Shown: positions 54,701-63,913, numbered from the stretch's first letter. The stretch is DNA of 64,000 nt from a virus (IMGVR_UViG_2595698868_000001:96001-160000); one strand, 5' to 3'. A program made the numbers and translations. The notes: generated by a model from the sequence alone, not told the origin.

Positions 54701-55397
54701 GCAATCCATCACGGCGCAGGAGATCGGCGGCCGGCTGCTGGGCTCGACGCGCAACGTTACCCGTCCGAACACCTTCAATTGGGTGGGCACCGGCAATAAC
54801 CCGCTGATCGGCTCCGAAATGGAACGCCGCATCTGCTGGATTCGTTTGAACCGCAAGACCTCCAACATTCAGGAGATCACCTACACCCACGACGACCTGC
54901 CGGGCTGGATCGCGGACAACCGTGCGAAGATCATTCGCGCCATCCTGACGATGGTCCAGTATTGGATCGACATTGGCCAACCGACTTTCACCGAGCGTAA
55001 GCGTGTCTCGTTCGAGGACTGGTCGCGTAAGGTTGGTGGCGTCCTCCAGGCCTGTGGCGTGGAAGGCTTCCTCGACAACCGTCGCTCGGCCGGCGCCGAT
55101 ATGGACGAGACGGCGATCCGCACCTTCGTCAAGGAGTGGTTGAAGAAGTTCGGGTTCGAGAAGACCGCCCCGGCGAAGCTCTTCGAGTACGCGACGTCGA
55201 TGGAACTGGACATCATCGAAGGCAACAACGACGACCAGAAGAAGCAGCGCTTCCCGAAGCGCCTGCACACCATGGATGGCCGTGTCTTCTCGATCGACAG
55301 CGTCGACTACATCGTCCTCACGAACTTCGACGACGACAACAACTTGGTCTACTCGCTCACTCCGCTGGAGACGGCGAAGGAAGCCGAAGCGGCATAA
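51795..55397 (+). CDS. Large primase/helicase-like replication protein
   Basis: LDID and YTTHSH primase-like motifs, DPSRLFY, CPFDDHH...CQHDSC Zn-binding motif, C-terminal P-loop-like region with FFDDV and TGNN. Confidence 0.65.
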   Translation: MTALQDFLSALFAACPESPVPLTVGEDAYEAYTADEIASVVSAAEEAGEALYTAPVTQGLVAFMPAVTENVADPDEWRDATIQPTAVLFRDGIMLSLYALDAAVDLEASPEVQSLFGWMGSDPSDLIPTPDSNGWTLAHCDPNVYQTLATLMDAYAPETPVTGAVGAPAEGAPWDEDFGTLHDAHILTYYDPTDAYYAQEMTISIGGNRESKKWVPKTMPIAAFVELLSMHREDPKKDGLAFVLAEIVGDQRRKQAVKTCYGVGLDIDVGVSGAQIDAALKEMGCLAVRYTTHSHNKTSTFLNKDRVTKWAAKNGQEELDEAVIKRFLREEEDWVPELIESVAYLGDDHRPEGLMIQLEHDPMPKHRVVVPLATPYEVAKIAKTHEEGMRKWNEIPKALARALGDLPLDKAALDPSRLFYFPRHAPGRAFETTIFGGPMLDWSTLDLDGPPKDAFEAALEAEIGGSNKSGGGSRSTTKEGRDLGRWSIKRAHGFQIVDVIRDFDPDRIRTNGAHKIDIECPFDDHHSNPGDPEDKGCFAVNAGDGPSGIFTIKCQHDSCQERTNLDFLGKMLKDGWFEDDVLESDMYNAVLDEEDTSIPEAAKKIAAQDEARDEYQVKISALSPESSESDIEDALRALMEADLGPLAQQRAESEIKQNLKINQSTLTRMLKTMRRVVERDRNQSGDYRDPKGRLVFSFQGDFNFDEAVDMCFKALRNTNTKDAEPTFSCVQDKPYRLKRHPKTGRIVFEELPNQALWSELNTRLTFVRRGDNGDGARQAVPKEVATHVYEQVYNELPQSPEVIYTPLYTNDGALVLHPGYYADLNILMANTRFEIDVPVNPSAEDALAAVDFLKHELLVDFPFLDYDTQGNERREPSEANALAMLLTPFMRRMINGCTPVFFVAKPTPGTGGTLLGKLPMLIFDGVESAPMSYTQNEEEMRKALLAAIIETRSHLFFDDVREFNNRVLLQSITAQEIGGRLLGSTRNVTRPNTFNWVGTGNNPLIGSEMERRICWIRLNRKTSNIQEITYTHDDLPGWIADNRAKIIRAILTMVQYWIDIGQPTFTERKRVSFEDWSRKVGGVLQACGVEGFLDNRRSAGADMDETAIRTFVKEWLKKFGFEKTAPAKLFEYATSMELDIIEGNNDDQKKQRFPKRLHTMDGRVFSIDSVDYIVLTNFDDDNNLVYSLTPLETAKEAEAA

Positions 55398-55401
55398 AAG
55401 G

Positions 55402-55433
55402 AAACCCCGGTGGAGCGATCCACCGGGGTTTTT
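55402..55433. terminator. Bidirectional terminator
   Basis: AAACCCCGGTGGA-GCGA-TCCACCGGGGTTTTT. Confidence 0.8.
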
Positions 55434-55435
55434 GC

Positions 55436-55669
55436 TTAGAGGAAGACGATTTCAGGAGGCTTGCCGCGCCGGCGGACGATCTTGATAAGACCCGCCTTGA
55501 TTTCGGCGGCGAACTGCTCCTCCAGGGTCTTCTGTTTACCGCGCCGGTGCTTCGATTGGCCCCAGGGTGTCTTGGTCTTGCCGCCCCGCCGTCTCGGCTC
55601 CGAGGGTTGCTCAGGATCGGGCAGAAGGGTCGAGGACCCCTCCATGCCATTGTAGCTCGCCATGCCCAT
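55436..55669 (-). CDS. Small basic hypothetical protein
   Basis: TGATG overlap start. Confidence 0.45.
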   Translation of the reverse strand: MGMASYNGMEGSSTLLPDPEQPSEPRRRGGKTKTPWGQSKHRRGKQKTLEEQFAAEIKAGLIKIVRRRGKPPEIVFL

Positions 55670-55902
55670 CAGGGACGGCCCGCCTTGCGGTAGCGACGCT
55701 CCGTAGCCCACTCATGGTGAGCGCAGCCGAGCGCGACCAACAAGCCCGCGACGATCGTGAAGCCCCCGAGCACCCAGGGAAACGCCAGCGGCGCGGCCAG
55801 GAGGATGAACGCGGCCCACACGACGGGCCAGGACCAAACGAGCGCGCCGGCGAGCTTGAACACCATGATGAACACGGCGGTGATGAAAGCAAGCATACGC
55901 AT
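55669..55902 (-). CDS. Small membrane protein
   Basis: KLAGALVWSWPVVW hydrophobic pattern. Confidence 0.6.
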   Translation of the reverse strand: MRMLAFITAVFIMVFKLAGALVWSWPVVWAAFILLAAPLAFPWVLGGFTIVAGLLVALGCAHHEWATERRYRKAGRP

Positions 55903-56038
55903 TTCCAATTTGCCTCAAAAGGTATAGGCGCCAGGATTTACGGCGCCTCGATGTCCTGTGTCAACGCCATACCGCTAAAAGCGTTGACAGCCGACACCGC
56001 GAGGGCTACTTCCTGAAATGAGTATTACAGGAGTTTCC

Positions 56039-56632
56039 ATGGCTTACGAGGCGGAGGATCACGAGGACGATTTTGTTGCGCATCCCTCTCGTCGCGGCGT
56101 CCCTTTGGCGGATGCGGACTTGATCGCCGCGCAGCCGGCTCGCCGTCGTCTCACCGGACCGACGCAGGCCGCGCTCGACTCCAATCGCGAATCCGTCCTG
56201 ATCCGCAAGGAAGGGTCGCCCGCGATGCGTTTTTCCCTGAAGCACGCCGACGTCTATCAGGCGCTCTGGAAGCTGTGGGCCGAAAAGCGCGTTGAGGGAC
56301 TCGACGATCCCGGCGTAACGCTGAGCGATCTCTACGCGCGTCTGGATGACCTCGGTCACGCTTATCCCAAGACGACTGTGGCCGCCATGGTGCAGGGCTT
56401 TGTGCGCAGCGGGCTCGCGAGCGTCGTCAGCCAATTCGTGGGTTTTGGAGCCGCGCGTGCTCGCTACTACCCTTCGGCTGAAGGCGTCCAGGCCTTCGCC
56501 CTGGCGGCCCATCTAGGCTACGGCGCCATGGTCCAGGTTGGACACACGGCGTCCGCGTGGGCTAATCGCAAGGAATCCGAACCCAGCAATTTGTTTCAAC
56601 ATGCCGCGCTGCTCGCGCGCGTCATGCCGTAA
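56039..56632 (+). CDS. Hypothetical protein, possible winged helix
   Basis: AGGAG RBS; upstream TTGACA promoter. Confidence 0.6.
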   Translation: MAYEAEDHEDDFVAHPSRRGVPLADADLIAAQPARRRLTGPTQAALDSNRESVLIRKEGSPAMRFSLKHADVYQALWKLWAEKRVEGLDDPGVTLSDLYARLDDLGHAYPKTTVAAMVQGFVRSGLASVVSQFVGFGAARARYYPSAEGVQAFALAAHLGYGAMVQVGHTASAWANRKESEPSNLFQHAALLARVMP

Positions 56633-57084
56633 TGCGGAGAGTGCATGAAATGGCAGAAAACTCGCAGGCCCAAACCAAAACCATCACAGCCCCAGGGCGA
56701 GCGCGAGAAGCGCGCGCTGGAAGTGCTGGCCAAGATGCCGGCGCCGGTAAGGAGGTTCTGACGAAGGAGAGCCTGCGGAAGATCGGCGAAGGGCTGAACG
56801 GCCGACACTGGCAGACCGACATCGCCAGCCGCCTAGGCGATTCCAAATCGCAGATGTCGCGTTACCTGAAGGGCGATCGCCAACTCAGCCCCCTTCTCCC
56901 GCGTCACCTCCAGTTCATCCTGAACCAGCGCATCGAAGAGATCGCGGCTCTCCTGAACACACCGGGCATGCCCTATGCGGGCACTCAGGAGGCTCAGGAA
57001 GTAGAGGAGATCATTCGGACGGCGCTCGGTAAGGTCCCAGGCTCTCGACCGCCCCGTAAGCGCGCTGGAGCGACGCTCGCGTGA
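56632..57084 (+). CDS. HTH DNA-binding protein
   Basis: WQTDIASRLGDSKSQMSRYLKG. Confidence 0.65.
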   Translation: MRRVHEMAENSQAQTKTITAPGRAREARAGSAGQDAGAGKEVLTKESLRKIGEGLNGRHWQTDIASRLGDSKSQMSRYLKGDRQLSPLLPRHLQFILNQRIEEIAALLNTPGMPYAGTQEAQEVEEIIRTALGKVPGSRPPRKRAGATLA

Positions 57085-57560
57085 CGCAGATCATCAAGCC
57101 AACCCTACGCCGTTACAAGACGACAAACCAGCCGTCGGTGTTCCTCGCGGGGAGTATCGAGATGGGGACAGCGTCACCCTGGCATGACGAAGTGGCCGAG
57201 CATCTCAACGGCTATGCGTCGCTGGTTTACAATCCGCGACGTGACGATTGGGATTCGACCTGGGTCCAGGAAATCGGTGCGGAGCAATTCAACGCCCAAG
57301 TCAATTGGGAGTTGGACATGATCGAAGCCGCCGATGCGGTTTTCTTCTACTTCGAGCCCAACACCAAGTCGCCGATTACCCTACTGGAGCTTGGCATTGT
57401 AGCTGCATCCAAGCCGGCGAGGGCAGTTGTGGTCTGTCCTGCCGGGTTCTGGCGTAAGGGGAATGTCGACATCGTCTGTGAACGAGCCGGGCTACCGGTC
57501 CGAGAGACGATCGACGAAGGGCTCAAGCGTTTCCAGGCACTTCTCGGGACGCTCATTTAG
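57081..57560 (+). CDS. Nucleoside 2-deoxyribosyltransferase-like protein
   Basis: VFLAGSI, NPRR, QVNWE, SPITLLELG, WRKGNV. Confidence 0.8.
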   Translation: MTQIIKPTLRRYKTTNQPSVFLAGSIEMGTASPWHDEVAEHLNGYASLVYNPRRDDWDSTWVQEIGAEQFNAQVNWELDMIEAADAVFFYFEPNTKSPITLLELGIVAASKPARAVVVCPAGFWRKGNVDIVCERAGLPVRETIDEGLKRFQALLGTLI

Positions 57561-57567
57561 ATCAATG

Positions 57568-57602
57568 AAAAAGGCCCCGGATCGCTCCGGGGCCTTTCCT
57601 TT
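57568..57602. terminator. Bidirectional terminator
   Basis: AAAAAGGCCCCGGA-TCGC-TCCGGGGCCTTT between convergent genes. Confidence 0.8.
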
Positions 57603-57618
57603 AGGATAGCGAGTCGAC

Positions 57619-58080
57619 CTAGACGCCGGCAGCGATCATCTGCTTCACGTCGTTGCCGTCGATCAGCGCCCGGCCGTGCTTCTCGATCAGGTACTTCATG
57701 ATCGGTCCGATCGCCTTGGGGGAGATCGTGACATCGGCGGCCACGGCGGCTTCCTGGATCGCACGGCGCAGGTCGTCGCCCTTGACCATCTTCGGCACGA
57801 GGCCTTGCAGCAGGGCCACCTTGGCGGTCAGGTCGAGCGCGATCGCCGAATCCCCCGGCAGTGGCGCGGTACCCGACTCAGGATCGCCGGCCAGCACCTT
57901 CTCGTAGGCCTTGATCTCGGCATAGATCGCCGTGAGGGCGTCATCGTCCGACGGCTCACGCAGCTTCGTCTTTGCGGCCGACTGAGCGTTCGACAGCACC
58001 ATCGACAGGAACGCCGCGTAGATGCCCTTTTCCTTGCGCTGTTCGAGCGAGGCGTCTTGCAGGTTTTTCAGGGTGCCCAT
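57619..58080 (-). CDS. GatB/YqeY domain protein
   Basis: All-helical; LLQGLVPKM, IGPIMKYL...IDG. Confidence 0.6.
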   Translation of the reverse strand: MGTLKNLQDASLEQRKEKGIYAAFLSMVLSNAQSAAKTKLREPSDDDALTAIYAEIKAYEKVLAGDPESGTAPLPGDSAIALDLTAKVALLQGLVPKMVKGDDLRRAIQEAAVAADVTISPKAIGPIMKYLIEKHGRALIDGNDVKQMIAAGV

Positions 58081-58091
58081 GATATCCTCTT

Positions 58092-58661
58092 CTAGGCAGC
58101 CGCCGGCAGACGCTGATAGCTCTTCCAGACGGCGAGATCGTAGTCCGACGGAGTTTGACCCGCAGCGTCTGCCAGGGTCAGGAACTCCAATTCGAGGCGA
58201 CGGTACTCACGGGCTGATCCTGGTGTGACGAGAGGCGCTTCCACGCCGTTCGCTCGCAGGTGCTTCAGCACGTGAGTGTCGATCGCCGCGAGACGCTGGT
58301 CGGGACGGCTGTGCATGAGGAACATGCGCGCCGTCTTCGGCCCGACGCCGTGGATAGCCTCAAAGGCTTCCAGCGGGTCATTCCGCAGGTCTAGCTTAAG
58401 GCTCTCGACAAAGCAACGGTGAAGACGGGAATACTGGCCGAGGCGCGACTCCTGGAGACGCTCCATCAGTTCGCCATCGGTCCAAGATCGCGCCATGGCG
58501 TCGAAGGGGCGCTCATAAGGAGGAAGAGACCGGATGAAGTTTTCCAGCAGCCGGGCCTGCGTCGCGGCGGTCTTCCCCGCTACGACAGTGCAAAACAGCC
58601 AGAACTCTTCAAGTTCCGCGTCGGTGCGATCGTATTTGATGACGTCAGCGGGGTCGATCAC
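58092..58661 (-). CDS. HhH-GPD DNA glycosylase-like protein
   Basis: IHGVGPKTARMFL, AIDTHVLK, YRRLE, DLAVW. Confidence 0.75.
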   Translation of the reverse strand: MIDPADVIKYDRTDAELEEFWLFCTVVAGKTAATQARLLENFIRSLPPYERPFDAMARSWTDGELMERLQESRLGQYSRLHRCFVESLKLDLRNDPLEAFEAIHGVGPKTARMFLMHSRPDQRLAAIDTHVLKHLRANGVEAPLVTPGSAREYRRLELEFLTLADAAGQTPSDYDLAVWKSYQRLPAAA

Positions 58662-59845
58662 AGTACGCGCTCTTCCCCGTGCCACTTGGTAGCGACGCCC
58701 ATGCGCGGCACGCCGGCGCCGCCCTGAGTCAGGCCGAAATACTTGATCGTGACGATCTTGTGGTCCGCGTGCAGCAGATCGCGCAGCCACTGATCCTTCT
58801 TGCCCTTGATGCCGGCCTCGAACTCGCGACCGTCATCCATGGCGCAGACGACCCGCTTAGCGTAGCCGGCGTAGTTGCCCTTGCCTTCCTCGATACGCAG
58901 CACGGCGAACTCGGCGTCGTCGAACGTCTTGATCTTGATCACCGACCAGGAGCGCTTGGCCTTCTCGTACGGCAGGTGCAGGCGCCCGATGCCGCCCTCA
59001 TAGCCGTCCTCGACGGCCTGGGCGGTCAGTTCCAGCAGGTGCTCCTCACTTTCGACCTTCGTGGTCTTGACGCATTCGATCGGGTGCGCCCACAGGCCCA
59101 TATCGGCGAAAGTGGTGTAGAGTTCGTAGCTGCGGTAGCCGAAGCCCTCATGCTCGCCGGCGCCCGGATAATCGTAGATGTGGTACTGGACCTTGGCGAC
59201 GACCTCGGCGATATGTTCGTCGGTGATGCCCTTCTGCTTCTTCAGCAGCGAGCCGAGCTTCTCGAACTCGTCCTTGAGGTCGTGATTGTAGAGTTCGCCA
59301 TGCAGTACCGCGTCCGGGTAGCGTTCGAAGAACGGGACCAGGGCCTGGATGATGTGAGGCGCCGTCAGGATCGGCAGACCCTCGCGAGACTGAAGGCCCT
59401 TGGCGGTCGCGATGCAGCAGTAGCCGTCCAGCTTCGGCTGGAAGTAGACGCCGGTCTCCGTCGGGCCGAGCGCAGCGCCAGCCTTGGCGAGACGCGCGGT
59501 CCACTTCTCCCAGGTCGTGTCCTTCCAGCCCTCGGCGAGCATTGGCAGGTAGTTGCGCGGCGGGCCGTTGGCTTCCTCCGGCGTCTCGTAGTAGTCGCGA
59601 TCGAGCGCCTTCTTGTAGAGGGCGGCGACCTCCTTAATGGCCTGTTCTTCGGGCGTGGTTTGGGCCTTGCCCTTGCCCTTTGAGACGCATTCGGTCCAGG
59701 CGTTTTCGACCAGCGAGCCGCCGTCGAAGCCCGCGACCACGCGATGCTTGTGACCCTGGCGTTCCATGTACCAGACGCGCATCTTGCCGCTGGCGTCCTT
59801 CTTGTAGATTGGGCGTCCGCGCTCGATCGGCAGTTCTTCAGTCAT
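58658..59845 (-). CDS. ATP-dependent DNA ligase
   Basis: PMLA, QPKLDG, HGELY, YHIYD, YEGG, IKIKTFDDAEF. Confidence 0.9.
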   Translation of the reverse strand: MTEELPIERGRPIYKKDASGKMRVWYMERQGHKHRVVAGFDGGSLVENAWTECVSKGKGKAQTTPEEQAIKEVAALYKKALDRDYYETPEEANGPPRNYLPMLAEGWKDTTWEKWTARLAKAGAALGPTETGVYFQPKLDGYCCIATAKGLQSREGLPILTAPHIIQALVPFFERYPDAVLHGELYNHDLKDEFEKLGSLLKKQKGITDEHIAEVVAKVQYHIYDYPGAGEHEGFGYRSYELYTTFADMGLWAHPIECVKTTKVESEEHLLELTAQAVEDGYEGGIGRLHLPYEKAKRSWSVIKIKTFDDAEFAVLRIEEGKGNYAGYAKRVVCAMDDGREFEAGIKGKKDQWLRDLLHADHKIVTIKYFGLTQGGAGVPRMGVATKWHGEERVL

Positions 59846-59855
59846 GTCGTTTCCC

Positions 59856-60263
59856 CTATTGCGGCCACCACTTGATGGTGTACTCACCATCGGCCTCGAT
59901 CTCGATGTCACCCACCGGCACGCCGGCCTTGTGACAGATGTCCATCATGTTGAGCGTGCCGTTCCCTCCAGGGAACCCAAGGCATTCATCCACGACTGCC
60001 TGCTCGTCAAACATGCGCTGGTTACGATTGAACGGCGCCTTCTCGCGATAGCCGTCCAGGTCTCCACGGATCGGGACGCGCTTTTCACGATGCCCTCGGA
60101 ACACCGCCCATTGTCCGGCCCACTGATCCGTGTACACGGCGTCGCCGTGAACGATCGTGATCGGCTTGACCCAATCCTTGGATCGCTCATCCAGGATTCG
60201 CCACACGCGCCCCTTGGTCAGGTTCCGGCCGACACGTCCGCCGGCGACGATGACGACCGTCAT
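59856..60263 (-). CDS. SLOG/YspA-like protein
   Basis: VIVAGGR, IVHGDA, RNQRM, FPGGNGT. Confidence 0.7.
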   Translation of the reverse strand: MTVVIVAGGRVGRNLTKGRVWRILDERSKDWVKPITIVHGDAVYTDQWAGQWAVFRGHREKRVPIRGDLDGYREKAPFNRNQRMFDEQAVVDECLGFPGGNGTLNMMDICHKAGVPVGDIEIEADGEYTIKWWPQ

Positions 60264-60784
60264 CGGCGGCCTCCACCGTAGAAGTGGGAATCGTCGATGA
60301 ACTCGTTGGAGATCATGCGGGGTTCCGGGTACACACCGCCACCATAGGTGCGCATGCGCGCCGACGAGAAGCGTTGATGCTCGCGCTCCGCCAGCACCTT
60401 GCCCTCCAGCAGCGCCGTTGCCAGCCCTGCCAAAGTGGCGCCGTTGTCAGCTTCTCGCTGGAGTAGTGCTTGAAGTTCGACCAAGCGTTCGTCTAGGCAG
60501 GAGCCCTGCGCGCCCAGCCATTCTTTGATCCGAGCGGCGGACAGTGTGTAGACCTCACCTTCGAAGGCCCACGCCTCATCTCGTTCATCCCAGGTCCAGT
60601 CGACATCGTTGACGGCCGCCAGGACGCCCATCGGGTCGTAGGTGTTGTCGGCGCTGCGCAGAACACCGGCGCCGTCGAGGTAAGCGCCACTAGACAAGGC
60701 GCCGGCCCACATGACCCATGCGCTTTCGCACGGCTTGATCAAGTTGTAGAGCGAAGACAGTTCGATAGTGAGGGCCGACATCAA
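60260..60784 (-). CDS. Hypothetical protein
   Basis: Tiles the operon. Confidence 0.55.
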   Translation of the reverse strand: MMSALTIELSSLYNLIKPCESAWVMWAGALSSGAYLDGAGVLRSADNTYDPMGVLAAVNDVDWTWDERDEAWAFEGEVYTLSAARIKEWLGAQGSCLDERLVELQALLQREADNGATLAGLATALLEGKVLAEREHQRFSSARMRTYGGGVYPEPRMISNEFIDDSHFYGGGRR

Positions 60785-61518
60785 AAACGCTCCAGAGGGG
60801 TTTGAACGCGCGTGTGATCGCGAGACGCCATGTCAGCCCACGCCGCCATATCCTTGTAGGTCTTGAACCGGATATGGAATTCGTAGCTGCTATGCGGCGC
60901 CGGCCATCGGTAGGGGTCCGCCAGCAGTCTCGCTTCGAATTCAACCCCACGAAGCGAGAAGTCCAAGGTAACATTCAGGCCGTGCTGGACCGCCTGTCGG
61001 GCACTATAGAGAAGTTCACCGTTCTCGTAGTCTTTAATGGCCTTAACCTTGGCGAAGGATACAGTCTCGCAGCGTGGGCCGAAAATCCAATGAGCGGCAA
61101 GGTCTGCGTCGCGGAAATGGGGTCGAACGATTTCACCCGCGCAATAATGGGGCGTGCTCTGCATCGCTTCCATGAAGGCCTGAACGAAGTTGTAGTCTCC
61201 GTGACCGCCACGATACGAGGCTACATCTGCGATCATCCCCTTACCCATGCGATCAAGCTCTTTCTTAATATCAATCATCTGAAGCATGCACTGATCTAGA
61301 GTGGCGGGATCGAGGTATTTGATCTTAGGCACCACAGTCCAATCACACGCCGATTTACGATCGACGCGTGACTTGGCCTGATCTACTGCGTTAGGCGACC
61401 ACGCCGGCGGGATCAGATAGACGGGCTCCGGCTTGTCGTCGACCACGGCGAACTGCTTGATCCAATCGGCCCAATGAGGTCCCGTGGGGAATAATGCTGC
61501 TAGAGCCGAGGACGCCAT
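60781..61518 (-). CDS. Hypothetical protein
   Basis: TGATG overlap start (MASS). Confidence 0.55.
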   Translation of the reverse strand: MASSALAALFPTGPHWADWIKQFAVVDDKPEPVYLIPPAWSPNAVDQAKSRVDRKSACDWTVVPKIKYLDPATLDQCMLQMIDIKKELDRMGKGMIADVASYRGGHGDYNFVQAFMEAMQSTPHYCAGEIVRPHFRDADLAAHWIFGPRCETVSFAKVKAIKDYENGELLYSARQAVQHGLNVTLDFSLRGVEFEARLLADPYRWPAPHSSYEFHIRFKTYKDMAAWADMASRDHTRVQTPLERF

Positions 61519-62042
61519 CACGCCTCCGGGCGCCAGACGAACGGCTTGGTGTCTCGGGGAATGCGGTGGTGGCCTCGCGCGAGCGGATGCTTGGGATAGC
61601 CATCCTTGGTGACGCCGAAGCACATCACGTCTAGCCCGGTGCGCTCGATCATCTCGGCGACCTGCTCAGCGCGACCCAGATAGTCGCCGTTCGCGCCCCA
61701 GGCGGCGACCACCATGCCTCCGTACTCCGAGATCGATTCGAACAGTTCGTCCAGTGTGCGATCGTTGTCGGGTCCGATCGGATCAGCCGCCTGCTTCAAC
61801 ACCTTCGGATGCGGCGAGCGGAACGCGAATAGGTTGACGACACGGATCGACCCGAAGCCGTTGCGGCGCGCGAAGTCGATGCAGGCGAGGATCGTAGGGT
61901 CGTCCTTCTCGTGGTCAGCGGTGCTCGGATTGAGCATCACCCAGACCATCTCCGGGAGGCTATGATCCCAGCCTCGCACCAGATCGTAGCGGTAGGTCCC
62001 ACACAGGGACAGCGTAGCGGAGGTGTAGCGGGGCGCCGTCAT
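61518..62042 (-). CDS. DUF1643-like protein
   Basis: YRYDL, MLNPSTAD, DDPT, VNLFA, AAWG, PKHPL. Confidence 0.8.
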   Translation of the reverse strand: MTAPRYTSATLSLCGTYRYDLVRGWDHSLPEMVWVMLNPSTADHEKDDPTILACIDFARRNGFGSIRVVNLFAFRSPHPKVLKQAADPIGPDNDRTLDELFESISEYGGMVVAAWGANGDYLGRAEQVAEMIERTGLDVMCFGVTKDGYPKHPLARGHHRIPRDTKPFVWRPEA

Positions 62043-62090
62043 GGCTGGCAATTAACGATGCGCCGTGTCGGCTGTCAACTCTTAAAGCGG

Positions 62091-62272
62091 AGGCCGGCAG
62101 CCCTAAGCTACTGCCGGCCTCGCTCCCAGGTCTTGCACCCCTTCGCCGGTTCGTCTTTCGACCCCGGAGCGCCCCGGAGGGATGCCAGTGTCCGCCCGTT
62201 GACCTGGGACGGATATCGGGTCCATCGGGCCATGATGAAGCCCTAGGGACTAGGAGTCCGGCGCTCCGAAAC
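62091..62272 (-). ncRNA. Candidate pseudoknotted RNA element
   Basis: Two crossing 9-bp helices, a GAAA hairpin and a terminal hairpin in an intergenic gap. Confidence 0.4.
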
Positions 62273-62280
62273 TCAATCTC

Positions 62281-62616
62281 TCATGCCAAGCCTGCGAAAC
62301 GCAAGACCGTCTTGAACAGTCGCGTGTGCAACGGCTTGGTGAGCTTTTCCCCAAACTGGTAGTTGCGCGTCGCTTCCCACCCCTCGGGATCGGCCGCCAG
62401 CAGGAATTCGGCATAGGCCCTGGGATCGACTTCCCAATAAGGTCCCTCAGGCGTACGCGGTGGGCGAATGTGGAAGCCCGTTGGGATATGGATAACCTGC
62501 CCGTCATCCGTCCATCCCAGAAGGTCATTCAGCACGGTGCCGCGTTTGCGGGCCTCGCCGAAATGGGTACGGATGAGCTTGCGCTGTTCCTGTACTGGCT
62601 TACTCGGTCGCGCCAT
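62281..62616 (-). CDS. Hypothetical protein
   Basis: Tiles the operon. Confidence 0.55.
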   Translation of the reverse strand: MARPSKPVQEQRKLIRTHFGEARKRGTVLNDLLGWTDDGQVIHIPTGFHIRPPRTPEGPYWEVDPRAYAEFLLAADPEGWEATRNYQFGEKLTKPLHTRLFKTVLRFAGLA

Positions 62617-62851
62617 TCATCTTCGCCTGCTGGACCAGCCGTTCGTTCGCTTCCAGGAATTTGCGGGCGTCCGCCACACCTTCCTGAAGGCGATCCTCCG
62701 AGAAGTTGGACGGGGCGTCATTGATGCCCGCCATTGTCAGGGCGTTGATGACGTCCATCGTGTCGTACTCGCGAAACAGGGCACGGATCGCCGGCGGCGC
62801 GTCGTCGATGCGCTCATCGCTCAGCGCGGGATTTGCGCGGCCGTCAGTCAA
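62600..62851 (-). CDS. Hypothetical protein
   Basis: Tiles the operon. Confidence 0.5.
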   Translation of the reverse strand: MTDGRANPALSDERIDDAPPAIRALFREYDTMDVINALTMAGINDAPSNFSEDRLQEGVADARKFLEANERLVQQAKMNGATE

Positions 62852-63287
62852 CGTCCAGGCCCTTCTCCTTGTCGATGCGGACGGCTTCGGCCACCGTTCC
62901 GCGCCGATAGTTGTTCCAGTGTTGGTTGTCGACGAAGCGATTGTTCGGACCGGTACGCATGATGTGCAGATTCTCGGGAATCTTCAGGCCGTGATCCTGC
63001 TGCGCCTCTTCGACCAGAGCGAAGAACTTCGCCTGCCAATCCGGCGGCATCTCCTGGAGGGAGAGGCGTGGGATCGCGAGCCAGGACGCGCGGGTCAAGC
63101 CGAAGAAGTAGTCGGCCGGCGGATCAAGCATGATCGCGCCGTCGAAGTTGTAATGCACGGGGAAACCATGCTCGTTGACGATGGAATGCGAGTGACGCAT
63201 CCAATCGTTCCAGCGATGATCGACGTAGTCTTTCGGTTGCTGGACGGTGCCGGCGTCTACGGTGACGGTTACGGGTGCGATGCCCAT
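62844..63287 (-). CDS. Hypothetical protein
   Basis: FGLTRASWLAIPRLSLQEMPPDWQ. Confidence 0.6.
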   Translation of the reverse strand: MGIAPVTVTVDAGTVQQPKDYVDHRWNDWMRHSHSIVNEHGFPVHYNFDGAIMLDPPADYFFGLTRASWLAIPRLSLQEMPPDWQAKFFALVEEAQQDHGLKIPENLHIMRTGPNNRFVDNQHWNNYRRGTVAEAVRIDKEKGLDVD

Positions 63288-63298
63288 CTGCGATCTCT

Positions 63299-63523
63299 CT
63301 AGTCCCAGCCGACAGCTTTACTGAGTTCAGGTGTCCAGCCTCCGGCCTCCCGGAAGCGCACCATAATACGGTCCATGATCGCGGCCTCACGCACTAGAGC
63401 CACCTCAAAATCGTGTTCGTCGCGGGCTACCGCCGACATGCCGGGAGACGGCAAGTGGCGCGCCCATTTCGCAAGCTGGAAGTGCGAGGCGGTTTCAACG
63501 GCGGTGAGTTCGGGATAGGTCAC
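63299..63523 (-). CDS. Hypothetical protein
   Basis: GTGA overlap; ends GGWTPELSKAVGW. Confidence 0.55.
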   Translation of the reverse strand: MTYPELTAVETASHFQLAKWARHLPSPGMSAVARDEHDFEVALVREAAIMDRIMVRFREAGGWTPELSKAVGWD

Positions 63524-63705
63524 GGCTTCACCGGCGTGTAGTGGTAGCTGGTGTACTGGCTATCGCCGCCGGTCGTGCGGGTCAGCAAGCCGCGTTCAAC
63601 CAGATCGTCCGCCTCGCCGAGGTAGTCGGCGTTGTGATGCGAGTCGATGTAGAATGCGCCCGTCAGCATTTGCTTCTGGACGGTCGTGAGGTCTTCAGTG
63701 GTCAT
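63520..63705 (-). CDS. Hypothetical protein
   Basis: ATGA overlap start (MTTEDL). Confidence 0.5.
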   Translation of the reverse strand: MTTEDLTTVQKQMLTGAFYIDSHHNADYLGEADDLVERGLLTRTTGGDSQYTSYHYTPVKP

Positions 63706-63896
63706 CGCAGTAGCGCCCACAGCAGCCAGCTTAACGAGGAGACCAGCGCCGCCAGTGTCCAGATGATGAACTTGATTCCGCCTCCGAAGGCGGTGAACCA
63801 AGGGTCATCATCCAGAAACGTCAGCCAGATAGCCACTCCGGCGGCGACCACGGTAATGATCAGCGGGAAGACCCACGTCTCGATATGAATGTCCAT
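63702..63896 (-). CDS. Small membrane protein
   Basis: GGAGG RBS; two TM segments. Confidence 0.6.
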   Translation of the reverse strand: MDIHIETWVFPLIITVVAAGVAIWLTFLDDDPWFTAFGGGIKFIIWTLAALVSSLSWLLWALLR

Positions 63897-63913
63897 GATC
63901 GCCGCCTCCAGGC

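Noticed and set aside
17589-55268. Long antisense ORFs (e.g. 17589-19907, 23039-25048, 28546-30924, most of 47598-50081, 51771-55268)
   Set aside because: These are shadow frames of high-GC3 genes on the opposite strand and show no motifs.
60781-61518. Lower-GC-looking gene as a mobile insertion
   Set aside because: It has no flanking repeats or mobility motifs and is translationally coupled to its neighbours. The composition shift was judged by eye only.
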